Shown in pieces: positions 11,512-24,005 of a stretch of DNA of 64,000 bases. The stretch lies in assembly GCA_020137815.1 (NCBI GenBank), contig CM035361.1, positions 4,154,001 through 4,218,000 on the forward strand. The letters are read 5' to 3'. The first letter of the stretch is position 1. Every line of letters begins with the position of its first letter. Below the pieces are notes generated by a model. It saw only the letters and a list, made by a program, of their open reading frames with translations. It did no database searches and was not told the origin of the DNA. Source of the DNA: Hormiphora californensis. Its lineage: Eukaryota; Animalia; Ctenophora. A program made the position numbers and the translations under genes.

Positions 11512-12634
11512 AGCAACTATGAGGACTCCTCGGAGCCCTCATTGACACGGTCGCTTGTAGTGGGAAAACGGTAATGCGACTACAAGCGGCACTGTGAGGA
11601 GCCTACAAAAGGGACATCCAGCAACTGCACCGGTTCTATTATTATGGTTTTGAGAACGCGTTTCTAGGTATAACTTTCAAATTCTTGGTATTGTGTTCTT
11701 CGCAGATGAATGAAATGAGATGAAAGTTGATTTAGTCGAACATGTGTAATACAGACGGTCACGTCCGAGAAAGAAGCAAAAAGAGCAAATACGCGGCTTA
11801 CAATTACATTGGGCAATTTTGCATTTGCGGGCATCGCACTATAGACGCATTACCCACGTACTATAGACGCATTATAAACGCATTATAAACGCATTATAGA
11901 CGCATTATAGACACACGCAATATAGACGCAATTTCGTAAGCAGCACTATAGACGCAATATAGACGCATTATAACAGCAATATTAACGCATTTTTATAGAC
12001 GCGACGCAGTATAGACGCATTATAGGTGATGGAATATCTACTATATTATCCATTATTATTGACTCCCTCTCTTCTCTCTCACCATCATCCATCAAAAACC
12101 GGTTCTCTCCATTACACAGAGAGAAACCTTATCAGGATGATTAGGCTCTGCCCGCTCTGCCGTGTAGGATGGCCTACTTTCACTTTCATAACAAAGAGAA
12201 AGTGAAAGTAAACCATCCTGCAGAATCCTGCAGAGCTTTGCACCAACATTCCAGTAACCAGGGGCTAGACAATCAGTTATCTCTTCGTCCCACTTCGATT
12301 CAGGGACGAAGAGCAGATCGGTCTAACCCCTCGGAATTGGGTGCTAAGTGTAGAACCAATGAGAGAGAAGATAGAACCCCTCCAGCCAATCAGAAGTGGG
12401 CACGCTTCGGGCTGACCTATCAGAAGCGTACTCACTTCATGTCACGTGACTCTCCACTCTGTCACGTGACAAGAGAGCCTATAGCACGGGCATCGTGCAG
12501 ATCAAGGCACTTCTCAGTTAGTTCTTGATTCTACTTGATTTCTTAAGTTTCTACTACTTTTATTCATCTACTTTATCCACGTGTTTTACTTCGACCCCCG
12601 ATCCATCATCTGGCGACCCCGATAAAATTCAACT

Positions 12635-15233
12635 ATGTCTTACTCCAACGAACCACAGGTAAGTGAGTATTGCCTAAATTCTGATTCCGACAATGAATCA
12701 TCTTCTGATTTGATGTCAGAGGTCTCCTTCACGGCAGATCCCCAGCCCCTACCCCTTATCACCACACCAGTCAGTGTAGCACCATTCAGTGCAACACCTA
12801 TCAGGGCAGCACCAGTCAGTACGGCACCATTCAGTGTATCACCGGCCATTATAGAACCAATCAGTGCAGCACCAGTCCGTGTAGCACCAGCTAGTGCAGC
12901 ACCAGGCCGTGTAGCAGCAGCTAGTGCGGCACCGGTCAGTGTAGGACCAGCCAGTGCAGCACCAGTCCGTGTAGCACCAGTTAGTGCAGCACCAGCCCTT
13001 GCAGTACCAATCAGTGCAGCACCAGTCCGTGTAACACCAGTTAGTGCGGCACCAGCCCTCGCAGTACCAATCAGTGCAGCACCAGTCCGTGTAACACCAG
13101 TTAGTGCGGCACCAGCCCTCGCAGTATCAATCAGTGCAGCACCAGTCCGTGTAGCACCAGCTAGTGCAGCACCAGTCAGTGTAGGACCAGTCAGTGCAGC
13201 ACCAGTCCATGTAACACCAGTTAGTGCGACACCAGTCCGTGTAGCACCAGTTAACGCAGCACCGGTCAGTGTAGCACCAATCAGTGTAGCACCTGCTAGT
13301 TCCACCCGGGTACCCCAATTAAGCGGCTACAGTACCACATCTCATTTGTACCAGGGTGTGCGAGGTCCTCACCCCCAGGATCTCCCTGCTCAGTGTAGCA
13401 CCTCATGACTCCCAGGGTGCCCCACCCCAGCTTCTCACCTCAGTAGTGAACACCGCTCCCCAGCATTTGCAGAGTGTCCCGACCCAGCAGTCTTCCCCCT
13501 ACCCAGTGCCACACACCACTCCCCAGTATTTACAAAGTGTCCCGACCCAGCAGCCCTCCCCCTACCCAGTACCACACACTACTCCCCAGCATTTGCAAAG
13601 TGTCCCGACCCAGCAGCCCTCCCCCTACCCAGTGCCACACACCACTCCCCAGTATTTACAAAGTGTCCCGACCCAGCAGTCTTCCCCCTACCCAGTGCCA
13701 CACACCACTCCCCAGTATTTACAAAGTGTCCCGACCCAGCAGCCCTCCCCCTACCCAGTACCACACACTACTCCCCAGCATTTGCAAAGTGTCCCGACCC
13801 AGCAACCTTCCCCCTACCCAGTACCACACACCACTCCCCAGAATTTGCAAAGTGTCCCGACCCAGCAACCTTCCCCCTACCCAGTACCACACACCACTCC
13901 CCAGAATTTGCAAAGTGTCCCGACCCAGCAGCCTTCCCCCTACCCAGTACCACACACCACTCCCCAGAATTTTCAAAGTGTCCCGACCCAGCAGCCTTCC
14001 TCCTACCCATTGCCACACACTACTCCCCAGTATTTACAAAGTGTCCCGCCCCAGCAGTCTTCCCCCCACCCCTCGACTACTGCAGTGCCATATTACCCCC
14101 GTGTTACCCCACCCCACCAACAGATAGACCCCCAACAATCTCCCGCCCACCCCTACCCGTTCTGGCAGCACAATCCGTCTCCTAACTTCCCGAGTATTGG
14201 ATACCAGTCACAATCTCATGCAGAGCGTGCCCCTAAACGTAATGTTCCCACCTATAGAACGGGTGAGAACTTTGATATATTTCTAGACCGGTTCGGGTTT
14301 CACCTACACAGGGTGAAGTCAGTACTAGGATATAGTCTACACTTGCACCTGCTCGAGAATATTAACTGTGACAAAATGTACCCTCGGGTAGCTCTCCTGA
14401 AACTGGAGAGGTACCGGGACCCTGATGCACTAATAAGGGCTGTACGTGAGGGTCTTAACACTACAGAGCAGTGGGATGGTGAATCCGCAGATTCATTTGC
14501 AGAGCGCATTCGCCAAGCAGCTGGCCAGGCATTTGCAGGGGAAACCACCTCATTGGCTGCTGATGAGGTGATGTACGACTCACTGCTCCAGGGACTCAGG
14601 AGCAAATCAGTGAGTGAAAAGGTACTACTGGCGGGTACCCTTGATTTTCAGGCTGCTGTTGATATGGCAGCCAAGTGTGAGCGTGTAATGAAATTAGTAG
14701 AGTGGGGACCAGGACAGCAGCAGGCAGGCCATGATGAATCAGTATTTGCTATCAGTAGTCGTCCATCCACCCACCCCCCTAATGAACCCCGCCAAGTTTC
14801 CCAGGTGTGTCAGTTGTGTTCCAAGACGGGTCATGCTGCTAATAGTTGTCCTATTCTAGATCAACTCAAGCAGAGCCATATAACCTCCCCCGCCCCCATC
14901 CCGAATAACAGCACATCCAGTCCCCAAATCCAGGTGTGTGTATGGTGTGGAGCACAGGGACACCTGGCCGTATCGTGCCCGTTAGCAACCCCTCCACCTC
15001 CGCACTCGAACAACTTTAACCGGCGGAGACAAGGGACCTCCACCACCAGACCCAACGAACCACGACGATGCTGGGGTTGTCACCAGGTAGGTCACATCAG
15101 ACGATTTTGCCCCAACACCCACCTTTGGAGTGCCCAACCCTACCGTGTCCCCTCCGCTAACCAGTTTCAGGGAAACAGCCAGGTGACCGGGACCGTGACC
15201 AACCCCGGCCACACACAGGACAACCAGTCGTAG
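12635..15233 (+). pseudogene. gag: gag with PVSAA and 21-aa repeats and three CCHC knuckles; +1 frameshift near 13389
   Basis: ORFs 12635-13408 and 13356-15233 join if one C is removed at ~13389, restoring the PVSVAP unit; knuckles CQLC..GH..C, CVWC..GH..C, CWGC..GH..C. Confidence 0.85.
15170..15215 (+). promoter_or_regulatory. -1 programmed ribosomal frameshift signal (G GGA AAC plus stem-loop)
   Basis: XXXYYYZ heptamer in gag frame; -1 frame is open into pol; stem GTGACCGGG/CCCGGCCAC starts ~6 nt downstream. Confidence 0.75.
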
Positions 15234-15367
15234 TTTCCCCAGGTCGTTTTACAAGCAGGGATCACCGAGATAGACGGTTATACAGTACAGTAGCGGCAGT
15301 TGATAATAATTCTGGAAATCAGAGATGCAGCTCATCACCAACAAGCAGGGAGCAGACAAAGAAGCAA

Positions 15368-18300
15368 GTGATGATCAACGCTACCGTACAAGGTAAACCT
15401 GCTATCTGTCTGCTAGACAGCGGATCAGGTGTTACACTAGTTAGCAATGTTTTTGTGATAGCTATTGGTGCCCTAGACCGTATCAGGGGTTCCAATTTGT
15501 CTCTAAAATCATTCACCGGTGATCCCATCCCCAGTCTCGGAGCTATCACCCTCCCCCTGGTGATAGCCAACTGTACCCATCAACAGGAGTGCATTGTAGT
15601 AGACGGCCCCATGGACACTGACATTCTCATTGGTCATGATTTTCTTGTCCAATCCAGGGCTGTCATAGATTATAATAAACAGAGAGTTAGTTTTTCACCG
15701 GAGCATTGCACACAGTTCCTATACAAGCCCGGAAATGTGTCCAAGATCCTACGGGTGAAGTGTAAGCATGCCCAAACTATCCCACCTAATTCCATGGCTT
15801 ACCTCAGCGGTTCCACCCCCTTGAAAACTGGGAAATGGAACGGTCTCATGGAACCGGTTCCCAAATTCTGTGGGGAAACAGGCATTCTTGTAGCTAACTC
15901 TGTTGTCTCTCTCACAGGAGGGACGTGCCCCGTCAAAGTAGTGAATGCACAGGACCACCCAGTCACTATTAGGAAGGGTAGAATCATTGCTCGGCTAGGC
16001 CCTATTCCAGGTCAGCTCTCTCTGAGTGGTGTCTCTGCACACGTACAGGTAGTGAACTCTAGCCCATCTAATGCCATACAAAATGTTAACACTCCAGCTA
16101 GTAATGTAGATTCCTCCAGTTGCCCCCCATCAGGCAGGTGGACCCAGGAGGAACTATTCAGCCGGCTTAAGTTAGACAGCATCTCTATTCCCATGACCCC
16201 GGAAGAGAGTGACCGCATTAGAGAGCTCATGTGGCGCTACCGTAGTGTATTTAGTTATGATGAATTTGATATTGGATGTTGCAATCTTTACACAGCTAAT
16301 ATTAGGGTGAAAGAGGGGGAAGTCCCGTCCTGGACCAACCCCATCCCCACCCCATACAAGCTGCGTGACGAGATGGACCGCAACATCAGTGAGATGATGC
16401 GAGCAGGTGTTATTGAACAATTACCCTACCCCAGTGACTGGAATTCACCCATATTTCTGGTGAAAAAGTCTACCCCCGGTTCATACAGGCTGGTTTGTGA
16501 TCTCCGTGGTGTCAACAAGGCTACCATGGGCGATTCATTTCCACTAGCCAATCTGAACCACGTCCTCGATACTATAGGTTCTGACCACATATTTTCTAGT
16601 CTGGATTTTTCTAAATCCTTCTGGCAATGTCCTGTCAGTCAACAATCTAAGGAAATAACATCCTTCATGTATCGGGGTACACAGTACTGTCACGCCCGTC
16701 TGGCGATGGGGTTCAAGGGTAGTTCTTCCATGTGGACGAGATTAATGCACCGTCTCCTGAACTCTATGCCCATTGAACAGGTCATATTTTTCATAGACGA
16801 TCTCTTACTCAGTTCTCAGACTTTATCTTCTCACATTGACCGTCTGGAACAATTACTTGCCCGTCTGCAAGGTGCCAACCTGAAACTGTCACCCGAAAAG
16901 GCCAGCCTCTTCAAATCTGAGGTTACCTTTGTGGGAGTAAAGGTGAGCCAAGGTAGCATCTCCATAACTCAGGACAGAGTTGACTCTCTCACTGCCATGC
17001 CGGCACCCAGATCCGTGAGAGAGGTACAGGAGGTTCTTGGTGCTTTTGGTTACATCCGCAAATGGATACCTAATTACAGTTCCATTGTTAAACCATTAGT
17101 TGCTCTCACAGCGGGTGCCAAAAACAGGCGCTTTGTGTGGACAGGTGAGTGTGATCAGGCATACACACTTCTCAAACAGGAAGTGGCTCAATCAGTACAG
17201 TTAGCTATACCCGACCCAGCTGACCCCTACCAGAGTTACATTGTTGAAGTAGATGCCAGTCTAGATGGTTACGGAGCAGCTCTATCTCAGGAGTTGCTCA
17301 TTAATGGGGTTAGAGAGAGGCGCACAGTGGCATATTGGAGTAAGGCCGTCCCCAAATGGAAGCGCAGACGGTCCCAATCTAGGCTAGAATTTCAAGCTAT
17401 GTGCCACGCCCTAAAACACTGGAAGGTCTATCTTCTGAACACCCCATTCATTCTGAAGACTGACTGTAAGGGTCTCCTTTCTGCCTAGGACACCCTATTT
17501 TCACGCTCTGATCCAGCGTTAATTAGAAAATGTCAGGAACTTGCGTGCTTTAATTTTGAAATCCAGCACGTGGAGGGCAAATCTCACAAGATTGCAGATT
17601 TTCTCTCACGCTTCCCTTTCCGCAGGAAGTGTGTAGAGGTTGGCACTCAGACCCAATCCACAGGTCCTGAGTCTTTTCAGGTTAACACAGTCAATGCAGG
17701 TACGCACCCAGATACGGAGATTGTTATGACGTCCTCAGGAAGTAGACCCCCAGTAGAGAGCTCACAGATAGTAGGGGAGGTGCCCAGTAACGAGAGAGAG
17801 GCACTAAAGGAGGACGAGGATCTGGGACTGCAGCGACTGTTTGCCGATTATACTACAGTAGGCCAAGTCACCTATTGCAAGGTTAGTAAGGGAGTTAATG
17901 ATTGCACCTGTACGTATCAACAGGTGCAGGATAGAGATCGCTACTCTGTCATTCCCACTCCCGTATACCAGCTAACCCAGATAGGTGAGGTCACTCAAGA
18001 GGCTATAGATCCTGTGCTCTGGAAACAGGCACAGGAGAGTTGTGATATCCTCTCAGTAGTTCGGCAGTGGGTAACCTCAGGTGACAGAGGTATCATTCAG
18101 GCTAATAGGGCCCCCCGTGTTTTATACTCTCTCTGGAAACAGTTCAATCTGCTCAGACTAGCAGACGGATTGTTGCAGAGAAAATGGTATGACACTAAGC
18201 AGGGGGAGTACCGTTGGCTAATTGTTATTCCGGAATCTCACTACCAGGCAGTAGTTGAGAGATTCCACCGGTCAATCACCAAACATGCAGGTGAACTGAT

Positions 18301-19396
18301 CACGCTCCAAGCCTGTAGAAAGTTCTACTATTGGCCGGCTATGGAGAAGGAAATAGAATTAGTTGTTAAGTCATGTGTTACATGTGCTGCTAATAAACCC
18401 CCCAAGCAGTTCTCCCGTGCTCCCATGGCCAAGGTTACATTCCACAACTGGAACGATGCCCTCATTATTGACCATATTGTTCCCCAGAGGGGCGGTACCA
18501 CCTGCCGTGGTAACACAGCCATTCTTACCCTCACAGATGCTTGGTCTAACTTCATAGTTGCTATACCTGTAAAAACCCAGTCTTCCTTGGAGAATAGAAA
18601 TGCAATTCTCCAGCACTGGGTATATCGGTTTGGATTCCCCCGTGAAATTATTTGTGATAATCACAAGGGTTTCAGAGGGGCAGAATTCAAACAATTTTTC
18701 AAGCAGCTAGGATGTTTAGTTAGTTTTGGCACTACTTATAAGGCAGCTAGTACAGCCAAAGCAGAGAAAAGTAACCGCCGGGTGAACAGTGCCCTCAGAG
18801 CCATTCTCACACCCTCCACACTGGGTGACTGGGATATCCGGCTCCCAGAGGCATGTTTCACTCTAAACTCTCTCAACAACCGTAGAACAGGTTTCTCTCC
18901 AAACAAAATGGTTTTCGGGAGAGAGGCCAATATACCGGAAACACTGCTTCTTTGTCAGCCAGATAGATCCGAGTCTCCCCATTCTGTACACATCCCCAAT
19001 TCAGTGTACAGTAAACACAGGGAACTCCAGAGGATCATGAGGCAGGTCCGCCGTAACACAGAGGCGGACATCAGACATGCCAAGATGCAGTTCGACAAGA
19101 GAGTTAATGATCCCGGTTTCAAGGTGGGAGATAGCGTGTTTGCACACATTCCGTGCCCTAAACACAAATTCTCTGCTAGATGGTCAGGTCCCTTCCAAAT
19201 CAGGAAGGTGATTAGCCCCCACCTCTATGTTATTTCTCTCCCAGGCGGCCAGGAGAAGGTAAAGAACATCTCCAAAATCAAACCGTTCCATCCCATTCAG
19301 GAACGGAGAGAACGGGAGATCATCAGGGAGGATCAACCAATTAGAGAGGGTCTGAGGGACCGCAATCTCCTCCAGAAACCGGAGAGATACAATTAA
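15368..19396 (+). pseudogene. pol: pol (PR, dUTPase-like spacer, RT, RNase H, integrase) with in-frame TAG at 17486-17488
   Basis: LLDSGS, FFIDD, VEVDAS/TDCKGL...ADFLSR, HHCC, D-D-E, WSGPF; the two ORFs share a frame across one stop. Confidence 0.92.
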
Positions 19397-19982
19397 AACG
19401 AACCATCTGTTTGTGATTGCATTGTGTTTTGATTGCCAAGGATTTCCACTTTACTGCCAGTGGTTTTCCCTTCCCTCCCAACTCTCTATCAGTTCACTAT
19501 CCTCCCCTTCACTAACCCCTAACCTATATATATAGTCCCCTGAGCTGTCAGTGTCACGAGATGACCAGGAACGTAGCAGCACCCCGGATATCTTTCCAGC
19601 ACACCCGGATGGACACCTGAGCTGTCCAGTGTCTACACCACCACCACTAGGACCTGTGCTGTGTGACGACTGACGAAGATCTGACTACTCAAGAGAGGCC
19701 GAGGGACTTTATTTATATATTTATTATAAGTGCCAGGACACTATTTTGATCAAGAGACTGATATGTTTAGAGTTAATTTATTATTATTCATATTTATGTG
19801 CTAAGCTACAGGAGGGTAGGCGAGGTCTCCACTCCGCAGAGACCTCGGTTCTATGCTGGGGGAGTTGATGGAATATCTACTATATTATCCATTATTATTG
19901 ACTCCCTCTCTTCTCTCTCACCATCATCCATCAAAAACCGGTTCTCTCCATTACACAGAGAGAAACCTTATCAGGATGATTA

Positions 19983-21411
19983 CACCCTTGTTCCATGAGC
20001 AGAATTCTGCAAAATTTAGGCCGAATTACGCCTTTTAGGCTGAATTCTGAGGCCGAATTACGCCGCAGAATTACGCCTTGTGCATAGGCCGAATTACGCC
20101 TGAAAGGCGTAATTCGGCCTTTTTGGTAGCCCCTCAGGAGGGTGTTATTCACACATCTAATTGATCAATGAAATAACTCAGTAGATCTATCTCATAAACC
20201 CGATACCGACACACACAGACGTACAAACACACAGCCCTATATATTTCCCAGAGTTTTTTTAGCTCGACATGATGAAAATGATTGTCAGTAAATTTGATAT
20301 GAAATTTCATGAACTCTAAAATATGAAATTGGGGAGAGAGAAATAAGCACAACGAAGTCTGCCAGGAATTTTGGGACCTGTATTTGGGGGAATTCTAGGA
20401 CCTGTATTTGGGGGAATTCTAGGACCTGTAATCTGTATTTGGGGGAATTCTAGGGCCTGTATTTGGGGGAATTCTAGGACCTGTATTTGGGGGAATTCTA
20501 GGACCTGTATTTGGGGGAATTCTAGGACCTGTATTTGGGGGAATTCTAGGACCTGCATTTGGGGGAATTCTAGGACCTGTATTTAGGGGGATTTCTAGGA
20601 CCTGTATTTGGGCCTGGGGGAGGGAGAATTTAAAGGAAGCAAATCTACCAGTCTTGCAGTTGGGGAGGGATGAACACAAGCTAGTTTGCCAGTGTCTAGG
20701 TCTTACAGTTGGGGGGGGGGGATGAACATTGAACACAGGCTAGTTTACCCAGGAACTCGACTAGGTCTTGTAGTGGGGGGGGGGGAATGAACACAATCTA
20801 GCCTGAAAAGAAGTCTAGATCTTGCAGTTTAGGAGAGAGGAATGAACACAAGCTAGTTTGCCAGGAACTCTAGGTCTTGTAGGGGGATGAACACGAGCTA
20901 GTTAGCCAGGAACCCTAGGTCTTGCAGTTGGGGGGGATGAACACATGTTGGCCTGACAAGAAATCTAGATCTTGCAGTTTGGGAGAGATAAATTATGTCA
21001 TGACAGTTATACTGAAGAGAAGCGATCCATGCTTAGCACTGTAAAACTGATACAGGAGATTGTCACTGGAGAGGAGTGAGGACTGGGTTGGAAGAGGGCT
21101 TGGTCAATTATACATTTTTGATTTCTAACTCTTTATCTCATAGTTGGAAAAGGGCTTGGCTGACATATGGTTTTCGTACAAGGTATTGTTAGAACAAAAC
21201 CCTTCACTGAGTAGTAGGTGGTCATACAAGATTGCTATCACGTACACACAACCTTATCACGCTTAATTAGGGCGTGAAAAACATCTCACACAGACAGACA
21301 AATTCGAGAGTTTGTACGTCTGTGTGTCGGTATTTTTCTTCCCGTGGAACCGCGGTGCTCACTTTCGAATGGCAGACTCTTTTGCAGAATTCTGCCCATG
21401 GAACTAGGGGG
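19983..21411. mobile_element. Non-autonomous TIR element in the 3' LTR (Chapaev3/CMC-like)
   Basis: ~32-bp TIR CACCCTTGTTCCATGAGCAGAATTCTGCAAAA / TTTTGCAGAATTCTGCCCATGGAACTAGGGGG; TTA TSD confirmed by the empty site in the 5' LTR. Confidence 0.85.
20365..20612. repeat. 24-bp tandem repeat (GGACCTGTATTTGGGGGAATTCTA)n, followed by degenerate ~60-bp repeats to ~20990
   Basis: Directly visible. Confidence 0.9.
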
Positions 21412-24005
21412 TTAGGCTCTGCCCGCTCTGCCGTGTAGGATGGCCTACTTTCACTTTCATAACAAAGAGAAAGTGAAAGTAAACCATCCTGCAGAATCCT
21501 GCAGAGCTTTGCACCAACATTCCAGTAACCAGGGGCTAGACAATCAGTTATCTCTTCGTCCCACTTCGATTCAGGGACGAAGAGCAGATCGGTCTAACCC
21601 CTCGGAATTGGGTGCTAAGTGTAGAACCAATGAGAGAGAAGATAGAACCCCTCCAGCCAATCAGAAGTGGGCACGCTTCGGGCTGACCTATCAGAAGCGT
21701 ACTCACTTCATGTCACGTGACTCTCCACTCTGTCACGTGACAAGAGAGCCTATAGCACGGGCATCGTGCAGATCAAGGCACTTCTCAGTTAGTTCTTGAT
21801 TCTACTTGATTTCTTAAGTTTCTACTACTTTTATTCATCTACTTTATCCACGTGTTTTACTTCGACCCCCGATCCATCATAGGCGCACTACCCACCCCAA
21901 AATCACCTTATAAACGCACTATAGACGCATTATAGACTGACTATAGCAGCACCATAAACGCTACATAGACCCATATAGACGCATGATAGAAGCATTATAG
22001 ACGCAAATCGCTTTTTATAGACGCCGCGTCTATAAAAAACGTGCTTTTTTAAGAAGCACTATAGACGTACTCAGACGCACGCTGCCATATTTGAGGCGCA
22101 GTTGGGCGAACTATAAACGCATTTTTGTCGCATATAAAAGGAAGCAGTATAGACGCATTATAGACGCATTATAGACGCATGTGCGCGAAATCGATAAAGA
22201 CGCAATATAGACGCAATTAATAAGAAGGAGAGGGAGAGAGACTAGAGGGAGGGAGGGAGGGAGGGAGAGGGAAGGAGAGGGAAAGAGGGAGGGATACAGA
22301 GACAGATCAGACAGAGACAGATGGACACAGATCTGAGACAGACGGACAGAGTAAGAGGGAGTGAGGGAGGGAGGGAGGGAGGGAGGGAGGGAGGGAGGGA
22401 GGGAGAGGAGGGAGGGAGAGGAGGGAGGGAGGGAGGGAGAGGGAAGGAGAGGGAGGGACTGAGGGAGGGGTACAGGGACAGAAACAGACGGATAAAGACC
22501 TGAGACAGAAAGACAGAGTAAGATGGAGAGAGATTAAGATGGAGAGTGGAGAGAGAGAGTGAGACAGAGAGGGAGATAGTAAGCGCGTGTTTGTCCGTCC
22601 GTCTGTCTCTGTCCGTTTGTTTCCATCTCTGTCTTTTTCTTTCTCACTCTTTTTATGTCTCACTCCGTCCCTATATCACTATCTTTCCATCTTACTCTCT
22701 TTCCATTTTACTCTGTCCTTCTGTCTCAGGTCTTTATCCGTCTGTTTCTGTCCCTGTACCCCTCCCTCAGTCCCTCCCTCTCCTTCCCTTTCCCTCCCTC
22801 CCTCGCCTCTATCTCCCTCTCCTTTTTATTTTGCGTCTATATTGCGTCTTTATCGATTTCGCACACATGCGGCTATAATGCGTCTATAATGCGTCTATAC
22901 TGCTTCCTTTTATATGCGACAAAAATGCGTTTATAAAACGCCCAACTGCGCCTCAAATATCGCACTGTAGCCTGGAGTACGTCTAAAGTGCTTCTTTAAA
23001 AAGCACGTTTTTTATAGACGCGGCGTCTATAAAAAGCGATTTGCGTCTATAATGCTTCTATCATGCGTCTATATGGGTCTATGTAGCGTTTATGGTGCTG
23101 CTATAGTCAGTCTATAATGCGTCTATAGTGCGTCTATAAGGTGATTTTGGGGTGGGTAGTGCGCCTATAATGCGGCTATACTGCGTCGCGTCTATATAAA
23201 TGCGTTTATATTGCTGTTATAATGCGTCTATATTGCGTCTATAGTGCTGCTTACGAAATTGCGTCTATATTGCGTGTGTCTATAATGCGTCTATAATGCG
23301 TTTATAATGCGTTTATAATGCGTCTATAGTACGTGGGTAATGCGTCTATAGTGCGATGCCCGCAAATGCAAAATTGCCATTACATTATAACGTTTTCAGA
23401 GATATTAAATTCATCTAACAACATCTTATTCAAAGATAAAGAAAAGGTGTTCAGAAGAATTTGGGGTGCAATAAATGAACACATATATATAGTACCGAGC
23501 TGTATTTTATGCAAACTTCTCCGCGGAGAAATTAATTGCATGAAGTTTCCTGGAAACAAATCTCATCTAAAATCAACCATTGTGAAATAAGGACTGAATA
23601 TTGTATGAGGGATCCTGTAGCACAGTACTGCAGATCATATTAATATTGTAAATTAATATTGTAAATTGTCTAGCTACAAATGTAAAGGGGGGGTTAGAAC
23701 ATAACAAATTGTGTGAGGTTACCCCAAGATGAACAACTCTCTCGCGTGGCTTATAATAGGGGCGTATCTTTCTGTATAAGAAATACTAAACTGTTCTTGA
23801 TCTAGATAATGGTATTAATCTAGACTATTATGATTTTGATTTAACTTTATCGGCAGGCTATATATGATTGATTTACGAACAGGTTTAATGGGTTTTAACT
23901 AAAAATGGTTGTCTTATTGAGACAATGCCTCAATCAAAAGTTTTTATCTTTTTACCATTTTAACTATAAAATGGTTCTATAGAATGGTTCTATAGAATGG
24001 TTCTA

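Larger units (their letters stand above)
12027..21879 (+). mobile_element. Full-length Ty3/Gypsy LTR retrotransposon
   Basis: LTRs TGATGG...CCATCA at 12027-12608 and 19866-21879 (interrupted); TSD TAGG; PBS TGGCGACC after 5' LTR; purine tract GGGGGAG before 3' LTR; order gag-PR-RT-RH-IN. Confidence 0.96.
11812..23378. mobile_element. Foldback-like non-autonomous element, copy 1, interrupted by the Gypsy element
   Basis: Termini GGCAATTTTGCATTTGCGGGC...GCAAAATTGCC; ~550-bp TIRs of TATAGACGCAT subrepeats; 9-bp TSD ATTACATTG/ATTACATTA; left TIR split at 12026/21880. Confidence 0.88.

Noticed and set aside
12169-12528. Identical 119-aa ORFs here and at 21440-21799
   Set aside because: Chance ORF within the two LTR copies.
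12640-13305. Antisense pentapeptide-repeat-like ORF (GAALTGATRT)
   Set aside because: Mirror of the 15-bp gag repeats.
17486-17488. Programmed readthrough in pol
   Set aside because: The stop lies inside RNase H with no recognisable readthrough context; nonsense mutation or error is simpler.
19397-19865. Possible env or extra ORF after integrase
   Set aside because: Only ~470 bp with no substantial ORF.
20365-20990. CRISPR-like regular repeats (also 43636-44018 and 47545-47742)
   Set aside because: Head-to-tail units without unique spacers, no cas genes, eukaryotic context.
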